DNA of 64,000 bases from the NCBI RefSeq assembly GCF_009914755.1, contig NC_060936.1; one strand, written 5' to 3'. This DNA is from the human T2T-CHM13v2.0 reference genome, Homo sapiens. Under the pieces are notes generated by a model. It did not search any database, was not told the origin of the DNA, and worked only from the letters and a program-made list of their open reading frames with translations. Positions 27,880-40,583 of this stretch are shown here, piece by piece. The translations under genes and the position numbers were made by a program. Position 1 is the first letter of the stretch. Each line of letters starts with the position of its first letter.

Positions 27880-28905
27880 CTTATTTCTCCAGTCTCAATA
27901 TGACTCAGTAAACATCACCTAGAACTGTACGAGCCAGGAATCAAGGAGTCATCTTTAGCCCTATTTTATCCTTCACTGCCCTCTACAACAAGCCATGCCC
28001 TATAAATACATCTCGAATCTATCTACCTCTCTACATATTCCCTGCCACCATCATAGTCCAAGCTACTATCATCTCTCATCAAAGTAATTTTAAGAAACTT
28101 ACTGCTGATCTAACTTAACATCTTTCTCCCCGTTCTCCCTGCGTCCCAATTAGCTATCCATACAGGAGAGAGAAGGATTTTTTTTTTAAATGCCAATCAA
28201 ATGGTATGGCTGTGTTCCTACCCAAATCTCATCTTGAATTGTAGCTCCCATAATTCCCACATGTTGTGGGAGGGACCCAGTGGGAGATAATTGAATCATG
28301 GGGACAGTTTCCATCATACTGTTCTTGTGGCAGTGAACGAGTCTCACAAGATCTGATGGTTTTATAAGGGGAAACCCCTTTTGCTTGGTTCTCATTCTCT
28401 CTCTTTGCCTGCTGCTGTCCATGTAAGATGTGACTTGCTCCTCCTTGCCTTCTGCCATGACTGTGAGGCCTCCCCAGCCATGTGGAACTGTAAGTCCATT
28501 AAACCTATTTTTCTTTATAAATCACCCTGTCTCAGGTATGTCGTTATCAGCAGCATGCAAATGGACTAATACAGCCAATATGGGCATGAAAAGTCTCTCC
28601 TTGGAACTTTCTAACAGTTTTCTATTGTGTTTAGCTTAAAGAATACAGTTCTTAAAATGAGTTACAAGGCTCTACAGGACATGATTTTTTCCAACTGCCA
28701 AGCATCAACTCATACATGATCCACAACACACCCCACTCCTGCTTCCTTTGCTTTCTAAGTTCTAACAATATTGGATTTGTTTCATGTCTTTGAGAAGGCC
28801 AGGCTATCTCCTACCCCTTCACATACGCTGTTCCCTCACTTTGAGCAGTCTCTCTCAGCCCACCATCACCACCACACTCCTTATTTAAGTAATTTCTACA
28901 TGTCT
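27880..28905 (+). mobile_element. L2 fragment interrupted by a THE1 LTR
   Basis: GGAGTCATCTTT...CTGCCACCATCATAGTCCAAGCTACTATCATCTCTC; continues after 28578. Confidence 0.7.
28197..28573 (+). mobile_element. THE1 (B/C-type) solo LTR
   Basis: CCCAAATCTCATCTTGAATTGTAGCTCCCATAATTCCC...GGACTAATACA; 5-bp TSD GCCAA. Confidence 0.95.
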
Positions 28906-28907
28906 TG

Positions 28908-29110
28908 CACCAAAGTAGAGGGTGGGTGCTAGGGGAGCAATCTTTCCCAGGTATAGGCAATAAGGGGTGCTTTGCTTATAAAGAATTTTAAAATAGCAAG
29001 AAAATGTTTTAAAAGTTGTTCTTTTTTTATTATTAAAACTGTGTTCTGACAATTATATACAACTTAATAATAAACTTCTTCTCCTAACCAGGGAGACAAC
29101 TTCCACCAAC
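28908..29110 (+). mobile_element. MER97-like hAT-Tip100 remnant
   Basis: AGGCAATAAGGGGTGC...AGAATTTTAAAA. Confidence 0.45.
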
Positions 29111-30909
29111 TCATACTATATGTTTTTGAGAAATGCAGTAATATAGACAAAGAAATCGATCAATTCTTTAAAAATTAGAGAGAGCAAAAGTAGACAAGTA
29201 CAAGAATAACAAAGAAAATACACAATCATCACATATAAAGAAGAGATAAAATTATGAGTGAATACTTCATGTAAGTATAACAAATTTCAAATTCAAATCA
29301 ATCATTTCCTTTAAAAAAATACATACATAAATATATATATCTTTACTCTTGCTATACATGTATTAGCATCATTAACATTTATTCATTATCTTTTCCATAA
29401 ATGCAAATTTAAGCTGACTGAAGGCTGGTACTTCATGTGTCTTGCCCACTGCAGATTTTCTTGTTATTAGACCTGTGCCTAGCACAGAGTAGGCATATAA
29501 TGAAGTTCTTACTAAATCTATGAAAATATATCCCTTGTTTATGTTTTCTAGTGCATTTTTAAAAATCTGTGTTCTTTTCCACGAAGTTACAGATCCTAGA
29601 AAAAACCTGATGAGTAATTTAAAAAGCCTTGATTTTGCAAAAACAACATCCAAAATTAGGTACTGAAGAAAATTAAGAATAGATTTCCTCAATTCCTAAA
29701 GAAAGGTTAAAATCATATCTTACTTTAATTTTTCTTCCCATCTGTAATGTAAGTGCACTTTTCCACAAAGACTAAGGAAAGCTGCTACCCATCCTAAATT
29801 AAAGAATTGGGCTTATTTAGGAGAAGGAACCCTATTAACTGAGAAAATTAGTATTGTAAGGTTCATTTCTTCCCAGATAAAAATAGAACTACTATTAAAG
29901 TCTCATAGAAAGCATATTCCTAATAAGAATTCTACCAACATTGCTTTCAGAAAAAATTCAAGGAAGTATCTCAACATGGCCTCCATTATAAATAATTATT
30001 AGTCCTCTATTCAGCATTCTAATGAGTTGCTTGTAATATCTTCTTTCAAAGAACTGCAGCAGTTAACTTTCTGAAAAAAGATATTATTTAAAATAGTTTT
30101 TGTCCCCTATTGCAATGCGTAAAATCTGCTTTATTTCAGAATATCTAAAAATAAAATAAGCCAGGTAGACAACTTAATAGAGAGTATTCACTATATGTTT
30201 ATGCAAACTGAAAGTAGTCATAATTTTTTCTAAATGAAAGATAAGATGGCTGTTAAAATATTTTAATGCTCTGTCCATCAACTGTAATCTCTCTACTTTA
30301 CCTCTCTCAAGCCCAGCAGGTTCTAGTGCCTGGAGAAGGTGAGCAAGGCCTTGGGCGCTGATGGGTACTGGAAGAAGAAAGATGGTATGAACAACAGGCA
30401 AGATAAGAGCAGAAGAGAACTGAACTGAGAATCAAAACCAACAGTTGACTGTAAAGAGAGCCTGGCCTGAAGAGGACTGCACCTAGTAATGGAAATGTTT
30501 GTTCCTCAAAGGGCAAGCTAGTTTCCAGAAGAACTTAGGAGAAGTCAAATAGACGAATTGAGTTCTTTCTTTATTATTGTAGCTGAAAGTATACCACCTT
30601 TTGAGAAGACTAGGGAAAAAACAGGAAACAAATAAATTGCTTACCAGTGAACCACTAACCCATGAAGGTAGCCACCCCTGTGCCTCTGAAGTATCAGTGA
30701 AGCTTAAAGCCTTCCAGTTACTTGACACTGAAAAGTGGCACTGTATGCAGACAGACAAAACAAACTGATGCTTAAGTAAACCAAATTGTTGGAGGACAAA
30801 AGTATCATCTTAGTTCCCCCTCCTCCCCACTACACACACTCCTCTCAAAAATAATTTTTGGAAATGAAAGTTCAAGTCACAAAAAATTTTTGGAAAAACA
30901 AAACGTATA

Positions 30910-32625
30910 ACAATTTCTATTCAACATTGTACTATCAGATATAACCAGTGAACTAAGGTAAGAAAAGTAATTGCAAGATGTAAAGAATGAAAAAAAAAAA
31001 AAAGAAAAAATAACCTAACATGCAGATAACATGGTTGTGTTTTTAGAAATTCCACAAGAGTCTACAGAACTTTTTTTTAATGTATAGGTAAATTTAGCAA
31101 GATGCTGGACACAAAATCATTTAAAAAGTCATTGTGTTTCTATGTGCCATCATCACATCTATGTGCCATTATCAAACTTTGCAAAATAATTTTTAATAAT
31201 ACTACTTACATCAGCATCAAAAATCAAATACGCCCATAGACTGTACAACATTGAGATTGAATCCTAATGTGAGCTATGGACTTTGAGTGATAATGATGTG
31301 TCCATGTAGATTCACTGATTGTAACAAATGTACTACTCTGGTGAGATATATTAATAGTGGGGGAGATTGTAGAAGTATGGGGGTAAGGATTGTATGATAA
31401 TTCAATGTTCTTTCTGCTCAACTTTATTGAACTGAAAACTGCTCTAAAAACAAATTATATTTTAAAAAATCAAATATGTAGAATAGTGTCCGTCCAATTG
31501 AATGTCCATGAAAAGGTAATACTTAATCCTTCCCTACTTGTCAGATATACAAAAATTAATTTTAAGTGAAATGTACTTATGAAAGGACAAACAATAACTT
31601 TTCTAGAATAAAAGTAAAAGAATTTTTTAAATAGGGCTGGAAAAGACTTTTTAAATGGGGGGAGCACAAACAATGAAAAAAATGTGTCACATCAATGACA
31701 AAAGGCTTGTATCTAAAATGTATAAAAAACTTTTACAAATCAGTAAAAAGTAAGACAATTCAGAAATACAACATACAATACGTAATAAACAGAAAATTAG
31801 TCTTCAGGGCAAGGCAAACTAAATGAGATACAACTGCACAAATGCTGGTGTGAGTAAAATTGGAAAGACTGACAATACCATGTATTGGCAAAGTTATACA
31901 GCAAGAGGAGCTCTCACACTCTGCTGGTAAGGTGTATTTTGGTACAAACATATTGGAAAACTATTTGGCTGTATGTGCTAAAGTTTAACATGGGCATGTC
32001 CTCTGATGCTGATATTTCACTACTAAATATATACCCAAAAGAAATTCATACATATATGCATCAAGAGATATGACATGTATAACATATGTATGTTCATTAA
32101 AATATTATTTTTAAGAGCCCCAAACTGGAAACAACTCAAATATCCAATGATAGTAGAATGAATAAATTTTAGTGAATTTGTCCAATGGAATCCTAGACAG
32201 CAATAAAGGTAAACTAACAGAAAAATTGTATAACAAAATTTTAAAAGAAGTTAAAAACAATAAAGTATGTTTTATAATATTATATGAATATACTTAAAAT
32301 ATTATCTAGTTACATACAGATATTTTATACTGTATACAATATTTTCTGTTCTTGTACAAGATTACTGTCTGTTTAACAATTACAATTGCATCCATTTCAA
32401 AGACAGGCAGGAGTAATTCATCATTTGAGAAGCCAGAATAATGATTTCATTTCAAGATAAGGAGGGAGTTATTGAGTGAGAAAGAGCAATAGATGGGCTT
32501 CTGGGATTCGGATAATGTTTTATTTCTTGAATTGGGTGATAGGAAATGGGTGCATTCATGTGTGATTATTAAACAAGCCACACATATTTTATTTGTGCAA
32601 CATTCTGTACTGTGTTATGTTTAAT
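30910..32625 (+). mobile_element. Old L1M (ME-type) ORF2/3'UTR fragments
   Basis: TTCTATTCAACATTGTACT; CAAAAGGCTTGTATCTAAAATGTATAAA; CCCCAAACTGGAAACAACTCAAATATCCA. Confidence 0.75.
31231..31464 (+). mobile_element. L1MC-type 3' end nested in the older L1M
   Basis: CCTAATGTGAGCTATGGACTTTGAGTGATAATGATGTGTC; TSD AAAAATCAAATA (31219-31230/31465-31476). Confidence 0.85.
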
Positions 32626-32844
32626 GAGTGCAATCATACTTCAATATTTCAAAATTTGGAGTATTTCACAGGGATAATTAGATGAAATACAAGCATGTAA
32701 GAGAATTGAATAATAAAAAAATTATATAATGCACAAATACATATTTTAAAAAATTGATCATAGACTGTTCATAACATTTTAATATTACTATATTTTTAAA
32801 TATTTACATGTGTATATTTTATATTCATGTAAATGTTTTATGTT

Positions 32845-32940
32845 TGTGTGTATATGTTATATATAGATAACATACAAATATATATATACATATACATATA
32901 TATATACACATACATATATATATATATACACATACACGTA
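32845..32940. repeat. TA/TACA-rich low-complexity repeat
   Basis: Read directly from the sequence. Confidence 0.85.
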
Positions 32941-33721
32941 GACAGCAAGAGAGACAGAAAGATAGAGCGAGCAAGAAATGTAAAAAATCACTAAAATGTG
33001 TGGGGCGTAACCAAAGTCATATTCAAGCAAAAATGTATAGACTAAAAAGCACTTGTTATTAAGAAGAAAATCTAAATTTAAGCAACTCAATATTTATTTT
33101 GATAAATTAAAAGCAAAATAAAAGGATAAATAAGAAAGCTAAAATTAATAAAACATAATGCATGATAATTATTTTTAAATTGGAGAAAATCATATTAAAG
33201 ATCATATGGAAAATAAATGCTAAAGCTGTTTAATAAAGGAATTATTAAACAGCAGTAATAAGAGATGAATAGCCTGACCTGTATCAAAATGATTATAATG
33301 CCTTATCAGATATTAAAATAAATATAATCAAAACTATCTGGTATTTGCATTAGATTATGCAAATAAATGAGTGAAACAAAATAGAGATCTCAAAACATAT
33401 CGTTTACATGCACATAGAGTGTCGTAATTCAGGGAGAAATAAGATAGGTTATTTAATTAGTGGTGTTCGCACAACTGGCTTTTTCCCTTGGCACCACAAA
33501 TCACAGGATTGAAAAAGTAAAAAAATAAAAAATAAAAATAAGCCCAGATGGATTAAATACTTAACTATGAAAAGAATAAAAAATATTAAGTGCCAATTTA
33601 AGATTGTATTTCAAATCTAGTGTTTGAAAAAACTTTCATAACCACAATAGGAAATGGATATCTTACAGCTTGATACCAAAAAAATTGAAAAGAAAAAAAG
33701 AGAATAAAATATATGATTAGA

Positions 33722-33920
33722 CTGGAATTTCTCAAGATCAACACTATTGACATCTGGTCCAACTGTGGACCAGATATATCTTTGTTAATGGAGCCCATCT
33801 TCAGCATTGTAGGTTTATTAGCAGCATCCTTGTTCTCTACCAACTAGATGCCAGAAGCACTGCCTCTCCACTCTCTTCAGTGATAACAATTAAAAATGTC
33901 TCTAAATATTGCCAAATGTG
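33722..33920 (-). mobile_element. MER20 (hAT-Charlie)
   Basis: CACTATTGACAT...TAGCAGCATCC...CTAGATGCCAG...AAAAATGTCTCTAAATATTGCCAAATGT. Confidence 0.85.
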
Positions 33921-35149
33921 TACCATTGTCATAAATGTATGTCATAGAATATTATCCAATACCAGAAAAATGCATTCGCTTCTATAATCATTTTCATCTT
34001 GCTCAGATGGATTATCATTGTACAAAAGTACTATGTACTCTAACATGAGATAATATGAAGAAAATGTACATAATAAAATTATATTTTTGTATCAGAAAAG
34101 AAAAAACTATTGTGTGTATCTGTGCGTTTGTGTTGTTCTTCATTCTTTATGTTTATATATTTTTAAGTATAAAAATATTTAATTAAGTAAATATTGAGTT
34201 GTTAGTTTTTAAAACATAAAGCATAATATGAGACGTCCAATGGAAGTTTTTTTTATTTTTTTATTCTTTAGCAAGTTCAAAAAAGATGTTTTGTTTTGGG
34301 TTTTTATTTTTATTTTTTAAAGTTCAGTTTAAAGTAAGAAAGTTAAGCAGACTCAGAGAAAATACTAGGTAGATTCTGTAATCTTTTTTTTTTTTTTTTT
34401 TTTTGGTCACTGAAGCACCACCCATATTTGTCAGTAAATATTTTATATCCTGGAGTGTCCACAATTGTCCTAATTCTATTAAATTGTATTTATTTAGAAC
34501 AAAGGCCATTTAATTACCAGGTGTTTTGACACTTAAAAACATTTTAATAAATAAATTCACCATTTACAGAAAGTATATCCTTTATCAAGTCATGATGCCC
34601 ATTCTGAACCAAAAACAGTGATTGTCTGTAGTAATTTTAAATATTTGCTGAACTTCTATAAGAAAGACATCAAAACATCTGCCACTCTAACTGAAGAAAA
34701 GCATGCTCTTAGATTTAATTATTATTTAAAATTGCTAACATTTTTACGGTGTTTACTGTATCTCATGATTTTCCAGGACAGCCTCCAAGTTTTAGATGAA
34801 AGAATTAAAATTAATGAATGTTAAACTATTTGTTTAAGAATACTTAATAAGTAGTGAGATTATAATATCAACTTAGTTCTATCCAATTCTAATGTATAAG
34901 TAATTTTATTAAACTAAATCGTAGGGAAAAAAGCCTACCAGTTTAGCTCATCTGTTCTATCCTTGTAGAGATAAAGTCAGATGGAAGAAGAAGAAGGCTT
35001 CATAAAAGGGAGGTTCTGGCATCCTCAGGAATCACTTGCTGTAATGGATTCTTCCATTCTTCCATTCCACTATCCCAAAAGCCAACAATTTATTCTGGAG
35101 AAGTATCTCAGTTTCTAATTACTTCATAAAAAAGTGACCACAGAAGAAG

Positions 35150-35328
35150 CTCTTCAGAATGTCAGAAGAAATTTTCAAAATCCACCCCTCTATTAAAACG
35201 ATGAGGAAACTGGAAAAAGAAAAAAATGAGTCAAAATCTGATTTTTCAGAACTCTGGAAATTAACCAAAGCCTTGCAATAATTTAAGAAGCATTTATTCC
35301 AGAAAAAGGGTTGAATCTTAGTAAGAAC
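35150..35328 (+). mobile_element. Old L1M 5'-region fragment
   Basis: TTTTTCAGAACTCTGGAAATTAACCAAAG...TGAATCTTAGTAAGAAC. Confidence 0.55.
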
Positions 35329-35495
35329 TAGAAAGTTGGCAGATTTGAGTCCAGAGCCAGTTCTTTTGAAAATCAGATTGTTCTACAGGGGACACCCTTA
35401 AGCTCTTGAAACAATGATGTCAGTCAATCATACATTCAACATGTTTCCAATCCACATTCTTTCTTCCAAGTGTGATTCAAAATTCTTGAGAGTCA
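35328..35495 (+). repeat. Unassigned dispersed direct repeat, copy 1
   Basis: About 80% identical to 40415-40583 by hand alignment. Confidence 0.9.
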
Positions 35496-36074
35496 ATGTT
35501 CTTATATGTAAATGTGGGCTACCATGTTAAAAGAAGAAAGAGAAAGAAAAGAAAAAAAGGAAGGAAACAGAGAGAGAGAAAAGAAAAAAGGAGAAAAAAC
35601 AATTCAAAACATCAAAGACTCATTGAGGTCAGAACATACTATAATGAGATACCATAGATTTTTGGGGGGACAAAATAAATTCCATATGGAGGAGACTGTC
35701 TAAGCATGGCCACTGCCAGAGAAATATAACAGAAGCTTCTCATTCCAGTTTTGCAACGTGCTAAGCAGAATGGAGCTCAAATGGCCACCAGTGACCAAAA
35801 AAAATTCTGCATGTTTCACTATAAAATGATGTTTTGCAAATTCAAGTGTTTGTGTTTTGGGAAGTCAGGTACTGTAGATTATTCTACCATTCCTTTACTA
35901 TTGATAAAATTCTCCAAAGATTAATTTCTACCAAAACGTTTATCATTTATCACATATAATGGATCCAATTATTCATTAAATTATTTTCATTAGCCTTACC
36001 TCCCCTGACTAGGAATAGTTTTGAAAAGTTGAAACTATTTGTCTATATATCCATATAAAAGCTGCAACTCATTG

Positions 36075-36760
36075 GGATAGATTGTTACATCAGCCACCCT
36101 CAATGAGTAACACTTTCCAAATTCATAAGGTCCCCTCCCCCATTGACTCTGGGCTGGGCCACATGACTTGCTCTAGCCAATAGAATATCAGCAAACGTGA
36201 CACAAACAGAGGCTTACTAAGTGCTTATGTGTGGAACTTTCTCTCTTGGAATATTGCCTCTATCATGCAGAGAGAGGACCAGCCTTGAATTAATCCTCAG
36301 ATGAATGCACCTATGTGAGTGAACCCACAAGAAACTAGGAAAAGAACCATCCAGCTGAACCACAGAATCATCAAAAATAATAAATTACAATATAAAGCCA
36401 CAACAATTTGAAGTTATTTGTATGAAGCAAAGATTACTGATAAAAAAATTAGGTACTGGAAATCGGGAAAATTTAGAACGTGATAGTTTTGAGACTCAGC
36501 CATGGGCAAAGGCTGCAAAGGCCCTCGTGGTAGCAAAAAAGATCAAAAGGAAACCAATGCTAAAGACTAAAAAAAAAAAAACCATGGTAACCTGTATTCT
36601 ACAGTAGCAAAACAATGAGCAAAACCATTGCCAACAGTAACTCTAATATACAAAATGCTCTAATGAACTTGAGGATTTAGGTTGATTGTATAAGCAGATT
36701 GTAGTACCCATTTTAACTACATTGCAAGCATGGAATTTTGGAGGCTACAGAAAGAGAATT
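36075..36760 (+). mobile_element. MLT1G/H-like LTR plus start of the internal sequence
   Basis: CATTGACTCTGGGCTGGGCCACATGACTTGCTCTAGCCAATAG; internal part from about 36445 (AATTAGGTACTGG). Confidence 0.75.
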
Positions 36761-37129
36761 TCAGGCCCCATATTCTCCTGATGTCAGGCTTGTAGTTAGA
36801 AATTCTTAAGGAATAGTTTTTCACATTCCACCAGAAAAAAATCCATGGCAGGCAACTATAGTCATTGCACCTTTATGTGATATGTTCTTTGTTTCTAGTT
36901 CACCCAACGAAGGTTTGTCATCTTTTGGAATCCTGGCTTTATGAAGGGCTTTCCCTGTCTAACACCTGCCTGTGTTTCTTTTCCCACCCAGGCTACAGAG
37001 GATGGATAGATGTTACCAAAATGAATTCTATTTCAATAATACCTTACTTTTCTGGATTCACAGCTTATCCTTAAGTATTATCTCTGAGGTTTTTGTCTTA
37101 CTTTCTTATTTATTCATCTATGAATTTAT

Positions 37130-37287
37130 GAAGGCAAGAATCACTTTGCAGGACCTGAATCTTAAATAGTTTGGGGGAGACTCTTTAAGAAAAAGCATAC
37201 AAAATAATAAATGCAAACTTGCTGGGACTTTGGAAGGAGCCCTAAAACTTAAACTTCTATTAGCTTTGGGGTAAATCTCCTGCTGGC
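37130..37287 (-). mobile_element. MER69A-like hAT remnant
   Basis: CTCTTTAAGAAAAAGCATACAAAAT...AAACTTAAACTTCTATTAGCTTTGGGGTAAATC. Confidence 0.5.
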
Positions 37288-37373
37288 CTCTGGTCTACAT
37301 TCTTTTTTTTTTTTTTTTTTTTTTTTTGCTTTTATTTTAGTTTTTGGGGTACCTGTGAAGGTTCATTGCATAG

Positions 37374-39662
37374 TGATATGGTTTGACCCTGTGTCCCCAC
37401 CCAAATCTCAACTTGTAGCTCCCATAATTCCCACGTGAGAGGAATCTGGTGGGAGATGATTGAATCATGGGGGGCAGGTCTTTTCCATGGTGTTCTTGTG
37501 ATAGTGAATAAGTCTCACAAAATTCACTGGTTATATAAAAACAGGAGTTGCCCTGCACATGCTGTCTTCTCTAGTCTGCCACCATGTGAGACATGCTTTT
37601 CACCTTCCACCATTATTGTGAGGCTTCCCTAGCCATGTGGAAATGTAAGTCCAATAAACCTCTTTCTTTTGTATATTGCCCAGTCTTGGGTATGTCTTTA
37701 TCAGCAGTGTAAAAATGAACTAATACAGTAAATTGGTAACAGTAGAGTGGGGCACTGCTGAAAAGATACCCAAAAGTGTGGAGGCAACTTTGGAACTGGG
37801 TAACAGGCAGAGGTTGGAACAGTTTGGAGGGCTCAGAATAAGACAGAATAATGTGGGAAAGTTTGGAATTTCCCAGAGATTTGTTGAATGGCTTTGACCA
37901 AAATGCTGATAATGATATGGACAATGAAATCCAGGCTGAGGTTGTCTCAGATGGAGATGAGGAACTTGTTGGGAACTGGAGCAAAGATGACTCTTGTTAT
38001 GTTTTTGCAAAGAGACTGGCAACATTTTGCCCTTGCCCGAGAGATTTGCAGAACTTTGAACTTGAGAGAGATGATTTGGAGTATCTGGTGGAAGAAATTT
38101 CTAAGCAGCAAAGCATTCAAGAGGTGACTTGGGTGCTGTTACAGGCATTCATTTTTGTAAGGAAATTGAAGCATAAAAGTTCAGAAAATTTGCAGCCTGA
38201 CAATGCCATAGAAAAGAAAATCCCATTTTCTTTTCATTTTCAATTCAAGCCAGCTGCAGAAATTTGCATAAGTAAGAAGGAGCAGTATGCTAATCCACAA
38301 GACAATGGGGAAAATGTCTCCAGGGCATGTGAGAGGTCTTCACAGCAACTCCTCCCATCACAGACCCAGAGGCCCTAGGAGGAAAAAGTGATTTCATGGG
38401 CTGGGCAGAGGGTCCCTGTGCTGTGTGTAGCCTAGGGAATTGGTTTCCTGTGCCCCAGTTATTCCAGCCTTGGCTGAAAGGGGCCAATGTAGAGCTCCGG
38501 CCATGGCTTCAGCGGTGCAAGCTCCAAGCCTTGGCAGCTTACACGTGGTGTTGAGCCTGCAGATGCACAGAAGTCAAGAATTAAGGTTTGGGAACCTCCA
38601 CCTAGATTTTAGAGGATGTATGGAAATGCCTATGTCCAGAAAGAAGTTTGCCACAGGGGCAGGGCTCTCACAAAGAACCTCTGCTAGGGCAATGTGGAAG
38701 GGAAATGTGGGGTTGGAGCCCCCACACAGAGTCCCTACTGGGGCATTGCCTAGCGAAGCTGTAAGAAGAAGGCCACCATCCTCCAGATCCCAGAATGGTA
38801 GATACACTGGCAGCTTGCATTATGTGCCCAGAAAAGCCACAGGCACTCAACGCCAGCCCATGAAGGCATCCAGGAGAGAGGCTGTACCCTTCAAAGCCAC
38901 AGGGGCAGAGCTGCCCAAGACCATGGGAACCCACCTCTTGCATCAGTGTGACCTGGATGCGAGACATTGAGTCAAAGGAAATCATTTGGGAGCTTTAAGA
39001 TTTGACTGCTCCACTGGATTTCGGACTTGTACGGGACCCGTAACCCTTTTATTTTGGCCAATGTCTCCCATTTGGAATGGCTATATTTACCAACAGCCTG
39101 TACCCCATCATATCTAGGGAGTAACTAACTTGTTTTTGATTTTACAGGCTCATAGTGGAAGAAACTTGCCTTGGATGAGACTTTGGACTGTGGACTTTTG
39201 AGTTAATGCTGAAATGAGTTGAGACTTTGGGGGACTGTTGGAAAGGGGTGATCGGTTTTGAAATGTGAAGATGTGAAATTTGAGAGCTGCCAGGGCAGAA
39301 TAATATGGCTTAACTCTCTGTCCCCACTCAAATCTCCTCTTGCAGCTCCCATAATTCCCACGTGTTGTGGGAGGGACCTGGTGGGAGATGATTGAATCAT
39401 GGGGGCAGGTCTTTTCCGTGCTGTTCTCATGATAGTGAGTAAGTCTCACAAGATTCGATGGTTATATAAAAAGAGGAGTTTCTCTCCACAAGCTCTCTTC
39501 TCTTGTTGGATGCCATGTGAGATGTGCCTTTCACCTTCCACCATGACTGTGAGGCTTCCCCAGCCACGTGGAATCGTAAGTCCAAAAAACCTCTTTCTTT
39601 TGTATATTGCCCAGTCTCAGCTATGTCTTTATCATTCAGCAGCATGAAAACAGACTAATACA
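37374..39662 (+). mobile_element. Complete THE1 (B/C-type) MaLR element: LTR 37374-37727, internal 37728-39300, LTR 39301-39662
   Basis: Two LTRs (T[G/A]ATATGG...CTAATACA); internal sequence starts GTAAATTGGTA; TSD CATAG/CACAG. Confidence 0.96.
37851..38378 (+). pseudogene. Remnant of the THE1 internal (Gag-related) ORF
   Basis: MWESLEFPRDLLNGFDQNADNDMDNEIQAEVVSDGDEELVGNWSK matches the recalled THE1-int ORF; reading frame broken downstream. Confidence 0.8.
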
Positions 39663-40414
39663 CACAGGTAAACACGTGTCACAGAGGTTTGTTGTACAGA
39701 TTTTTTCATTGCTCATGTATTAATCCCAGGGCCTAATAGTTATCTTTTCTGCTCCTCTCCCTCCTCCCACCTTCCACCCTCAAGTAGTAGACCCCAGTGT
39801 CTGTTGTTTCCTTCTTTGTTTTCATAAGTTTTTATCATGTAGCTCCCACTTATAAGTTAGAACCTGTGGTATTTGATTTTCTGTTACTGTGTTAGTTTGC
39901 TAAGGATAATGGCCTCCAGCTCCATCCATGTTCCTGCAAAAGACATGGTCTTATTCATTTTTATGGTTGCATAATATTCAATGGTATATATGTACCACAT
40001 TTTCTTTATCCAATAGACCACACCAAAGGTCTACATTCTTTAAAATATTTTATTCCTAAATTTTAGGTTGCATATGAAGATGATTTCTCTGGGCATCCGA
40101 GGTATATTGCTGGAAACGGAAGTGTGGTTGCTGTTCAGTGTGTATTTTCCCCACTTGGTTTTAGCTACATGAGCACAACTGGGCTGTCTGGTTCACTGCT
40201 ATATGCTCAGCACTACAAACTGGAAGCTCAGTAAATGATGAATGAATGATTGAATTGTCATATTGATTAGATTTATTTTATTGGTCAGATATTTCTAGAC
40301 AAAAAAAATGAAATGGAAAATAAGGGAGAAAAATTTTTAACCAGCATAGGATTAAGTGAGCAAAGGTGAAAATTAATGTCAACAACCCAAATGTACAATA
40401 TTAGTATCTGCCAG

Positions 40415-40583
40415 CTAGAAAATCGGCAGATCTGTGTATAAAGACAGTTCTTTTGAAAATCAGATTGTTCTGTAGGGACCACCCTTAAGTTCTTGGAATG
40501 ATGAAATCAGTCAATGATATAATTAACATGTTTCTAACCCGTATTCTTTCTTGCATGTTATGACTCAGAGCTCTTGAGAGTCA
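40415..40583 (+). repeat. Unassigned dispersed direct repeat, copy 2
   Basis: Shares a 27-bp exact core, CAGTTCTTTTGAAAATCAGATTGTTCT, with copy 1. Confidence 0.9.

Larger units (their letters stand above)
37306..40027 (-). mobile_element. 5'-truncated L1PA13-16-type 3' end, split by THE1
   Basis: Poly(T) and 3'UTR at 37306-37373, continuing 39663-40015; perfect TSD GGTCTACATTCTTT (37292-37305/40028-40041). Confidence 0.92.

Noticed and set aside
31139-31177. Short tandem microduplications (also CATCAGTGAATATTT twice at about 22834-22872)
   Set aside because: Ordinary slippage products inside decayed repeats.
38440-38970. 176-aa ORF
   Set aside because: THE1 internal sequence read partly out of frame; no independent evidence of coding function.
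40498-40580. ATGATGA (C-box-like) in the duplicated unit, suggesting a C/D snoRNA
   Set aside because: No properly placed CTGA D box or terminal stem, and the motif is not conserved at the aligned position in copy 1.
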